Positions 35,503 through 38,181 of a stretch of DNA of 38,181 nucleotides are shown in pieces. Position 1 is the stretch's first letter. Each line of letters begins with the position of its first letter. Position numbers and translations under genes: made by a program. The DNA is taken from NCBI GenBank assembly GCA_947472655.1, contig CANJCG010000002.1, positions 1-38,181 of the forward strand, read 5' to 3'. Below the pieces are notes generated by a model. It saw nothing but the letters and a program-made list of their open reading frames with translations. It ran no database searches and was not told where the DNA came from. The DNA comes from Actinomycetota bacterium. GTDB taxonomy: Bacteria; Actinomycetota; Actinomycetes; S36-B12.

Positions 35503-37158
35503 GTGACTCCTGACTCCATGGCGGCTGCCATTCGCGAAGTTCTCGTTGCTATTGCAGCTGAGGGCGCCTTCGCCATTGCAGTTCCTGAGAGTGTTCACAT
35601 CGAACGGCCCAAGAATCGCGAGCATGGGGATTACGCCACAAATATCGCGCTGACGTTAGCGAAACCTGCGGGGGTCGCCCCACGCGACCTCGCGCAAGTG
35701 ATCGCATCGAGGCTCGATGCTGTGGCCGGGATTAGTTCCACCGAAATTGCGGGACCGGGGTTCATCAATATCCGCCTCGATAGTGCTACCCAAGGCGAGC
35801 TGGCCCGCAGCATCGTTACCCAGGGTGCAAGTTTTGGCCACAACACAGCACTGGCTGGCCAGACCATCAATGTTGAATTCATTTCGGCAAACCCGACGGG
35901 CCCCCTACACCTTGGTCACACGCGATGGGCTGCTGTCGGAAGCGCAATTGCCAATGTCTTGGCCGCGGCGGGCGCCAAAACTGCCTCAGAGTTTTACATC
36001 AACGATCGTGGCGTTCAGATGGATAAGTTTGGTGCTTCTGTGATGGCAGCAGCAAAGGGCCAGCGAGTGCCTGAAGACGGTTATCACGGTGGTTACATCA
36101 TCGATTTAGCGGCGCAAATCAATGCGGAAGAACCCGAGTTACTAGATCTGCCAGAAGCAGAACAACTTGTTGGTTTCCGCGAAGCAGCGTACAAACGCCA
36201 GTTGCATCAGCAGCAGCAAGTTCTCAGCCTCTTTCAGACTCATTTTGATGTGTGGTCTTCAGAACGAGCCCTTCATGATTCTGATGCTGTCGAGACAGGT
36301 TTTGCCAAACTACGCGCGCAAGGACATGTCTATGTCCAAGATGGTGCAACATGGTTGCGCACCTCTGATTTCGGTGATGATAAAGATCGAGTTCTCATCA
36401 AGGCAGACGGTGAGTACACCTATTTTGCTTCGGATACGGCATATTTCGTAAATAAGCGTGATAGAGGCTTCGATATTTGTATTTATCTCCTAGGAGCTGA
36501 TCACCACGGTTACGTCAATCGACTCAGAGCTGTTGCCCAGTGCAATGGTGATGACAAAACGGCAGCTGAAGTGTTGATTGGGCAGTTAGTGAAAATCACG
36601 AAGGGTGGCCAAGAGGTCAAACTTTCCAAGCGTGCTGGGAATATCGTCACGCTTGAAGATCTTGTTGAAGAAGTCGGAGTTGACGCTGCCCGATACTCAT
36701 TGATCCGATACCCCGTCGATTCACCACTCACTCTCGATTTAGAGGTCATTGCCCAGCGCACCAATGACAATCCTGTGTATTACGTTCAATATGCGCATGC
36801 CCGGTTGGCATCTGTATTGCGAAACGCGGCAGATCTAAACATCGATTGGCTTTCCGCTGAATTTGATCCAGGACTGCTCTCGCATGAGCGTGAAAATGAG
36901 CTTCTCGGCTCGCTTGGCGAGTTCCCTCGGATCGTTGCAAGTGCGGCCGAATTACGCGAGCCACATCGCATCGCTCGATATTTGGAGGTACTTGGCGGCC
37001 AGTACCACCGTTTTTACGATGCGTGCCGAGTTCTTCCGCGTGGGGATGAAGAGCTCACAAGTGAGCACATTGCTCGATTGTGGCTATGTGCGGCTGCCCG
37101 CCAGACGCTCGCAAATGGCCTGGCTCTTCTTGGAGTAAGCGCGCCTGAGCGCATGTAA
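35503..37158 (+). CDS. argS: arginine--tRNA ligase
   Basis: 551 aa. N-terminus (V)MTPDS..ERPKNREHGDYATNIAL parallels M. tuberculosis ArgS. HIGH-type ANPTGPLHLGH, KMSKS-type KLSKR, and a C-terminal DALR anticodon-binding region. GTG start. Confidence 0.95.
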   Translation: MTPDSMAAAIREVLVAIAAEGAFAIAVPESVHIERPKNREHGDYATNIALTLAKPAGVAPRDLAQVIASRLDAVAGISSTEIAGPGFINIRLDSATQGELARSIVTQGASFGHNTALAGQTINVEFISANPTGPLHLGHTRWAAVGSAIANVLAAAGAKTASEFYINDRGVQMDKFGASVMAAAKGQRVPEDGYHGGYIIDLAAQINAEEPELLDLPEAEQLVGFREAAYKRQLHQQQQVLSLFQTHFDVWSSERALHDSDAVETGFAKLRAQGHVYVQDGATWLRTSDFGDDKDRVLIKADGEYTYFASDTAYFVNKRDRGFDICIYLLGADHHGYVNRLRAVAQCNGDDKTAAEVLIGQLVKITKGGQEVKLSKRAGNIVTLEDLVEEVGVDAARYSLIRYPVDSPLTLDLEVIAQRTNDNPVYYVQYAHARLASVLRNAADLNIDWLSAEFDPGLLSHERENELLGSLGEFPRIVASAAELREPHRIARYLEVLGGQYHRFYDACRVLPRGDEELTSEHIARLWLCAAARQTLANGLALLGVSAPERM

Positions 37159-37191
37159 GCCAAAGGGGGGTGCATGCCCTAGCCTTTACGG

Positions 37192-38181
37192 ATGTCAAAC
37201 GTCTGGCCAAATTCTGCAACGCGTGGAGTTGATGGCGCGCTTTGTATTGCCGGCGTGGACGTTCGAGATGCTGTAGCCAACCACGGCACACCCCTATTCA
37301 TCTTTGATGAAGAAGATGTGCGCGCTCGGGCACGCGAATATCGCGAGGCGGCCGAGAGCGTGGGTGCTCGCAAGGTTTATTACGCGGCGAAAGCATTTTT
37401 GTCGACGGCTGTTGCTCGATGGGTGTGCGAAGAAGGTTTAGGGCTTGACGTTGCTTCCGGTGGAGAATTGGCTGTCGCTCTGCGGGCCGGGGTTCCTGGA
37501 GCTGATCTGCTTCTTCATGGCAACAACAAGTCAATGTCGGAAATTGAAACTGCGATTCAAGCGGGCGTTGCTCGCATTGTGGTGGATTCATTCGAAGAGA
37601 TCGTTCGCGTAGCGGATGCAGCTCTTCGGGCCGGAATCGTTCAACCGGTTCTTGTTCGTCTTACCATTGGCGTTGAAGCTCACACGCACGAATTCATAGC
37701 CACAGCTCATGAAGATCAAAAGTTTGGCTTCTCTGTGGCTTCTGGCGCCGCTGACGAAGCAATCCGACGCATCGTGAAGTTACCGTCATTGGAATTTAGG
37801 GGGTTGCATTCACATATTGGTTCTCAAATTTTCGATACCGATGGTTTCGAAGAAGCGGCAGTGCGAATTGTTTCTTTCATTAATCGACTACGTGCTGATC
37901 AAGAAGTCAACGTGGCAGAGCTCGACCTTGGTGGCGGTATGGGAATCGCCTATTTGCCAACAGATGAACCACTTGCGATAGCTGATCTGGCCTCTCATGT
38001 GGCTCAGGTAGTCGAGCGTGAATGTCAATTGCTGAGTTTGCCAGTCCCTGCCTTGGCTTTTGAGCCAGGGCGAGCGATAGTGGGGCGAGCTGGAATCACT
38101 ATTTACGAAGTCGGAACTGTGAAGCCAGTTGAGCTCGGTGAGGTAGTCCGCACCTATGTTTCTGTTGATGGTGGAATGAGC
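37192..38181 (+). CDS. lysA: diaminopimelate decarboxylase (3'-truncated by the window edge)
   Basis: My own translation from ATG 37192 stays open for 330 codons to the window end: MSNVWPNSATRGVDGALCIAGVDV..GTPLFIFDEEDVRARAREY..VYYAAKAF (PLP Lys)..ASGGEL..HGNNKS..HSHIGSQIF. The argS-lysA order matches M. tuberculosis. It is absent from the ORF track because no stop codon lies within the window. Confidence 0.9.
   Translation, partial: MSNVWPNSATRGVDGALCIAGVDVRDAVANHGTPLFIFDEEDVRARAREYREAAESVGARKVYYAAKAFLSTAVARWVCEEGLGLDVASGGELAVALRAGVPGADLLLHGNNKSMSEIETAIQAGVARIVVDSFEEIVRVADAALRAGIVQPVLVRLTIGVEAHTHEFIATAHEDQKFGFSVASGAADEAIRRIVKLPSLEFRGLHSHIGSQIFDTDGFEEAAVRIVSFINRLRADQEVNVAELDLGGGMGIAYLPTDEPLAIADLASHVAQVVERECQLLSLPVPALAFEPGRAIVGRAGITIYEVGTVKPVELGEVVRTYVSVDGGMS

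Overview
This window looks like a densely packed core-chromosome segment of an actinobacterium (Actinomycetota). GC is mid-range, roughly low-to-mid 50s % by eye. By my tally about 95 % of the window is coding. Several gene pairs show 4-nt start/stop coupling, and some convergent genes overlap at their 3' ends, which suggests a streamlined genome. I call 37 protein genes and one tRNA-Arg(CCG). One protein gene is a 59-aa ORF that falls below the ORF-track cutoff, and another is a 3'-truncated lysA that runs off the window. I saw no rRNA, CRISPR array, transposase, integrase or phage genes.

Content from left to right:
- cysE, an MFS transporter divergent from oxyR, and an SDR.
- fbiC (FO synthase) abutting a CYP175-like P450.
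- hisN and a DUF2231 membrane protein.
- The block rsgA-aroA / SRAP peptidase / sigH-rshA / pdtaS / whiB1 / dagK-like kinase. From memory, this order matches the M. tuberculosis Rv3218-Rv3228 region.
- sigF-usfX(rsbW), then Ni-SOD sodN with its maturation protease sodX, then a quinone-oxidoreductase-like MDR.
- A small DUF6104-like ORF and kgd (fused E1o/E2-like 2-oxoglutarate enzyme).
- An envelope cluster: FN3-L,D-transpeptidase, a membrane alpha/beta hydrolase and an SLT transglycosylase.
- A GTPase-DUF697 protein followed by a PAC2-family protein, then a secreted TAP-like peptidase.
- tgt convergent with yhhQ, tRNA-Arg, yihY overlapping ppk2, argS and lysA.

I do not see a clear-cut new multi-gene system, and there are no defence-island or mobile hallmarks. 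The best leads are:
1. The fbiC/CYP175-like P450 pair.
2. The GTPase-DUF697/PAC2 operon, which has an A9 tract at the domain junction.
3. A divergent tgt next to yhhQ, suggesting salvage-only queuosine in an actinobacterium.
4. The untracked small ORF coupled to kgd.
5. Candidate regulatory sites: a SigH-type promoter, CRP-like boxes upstream of whiB1, and heptamer repeats.

All homology statements come from motif recognition and memory of reference proteins, not from searches.
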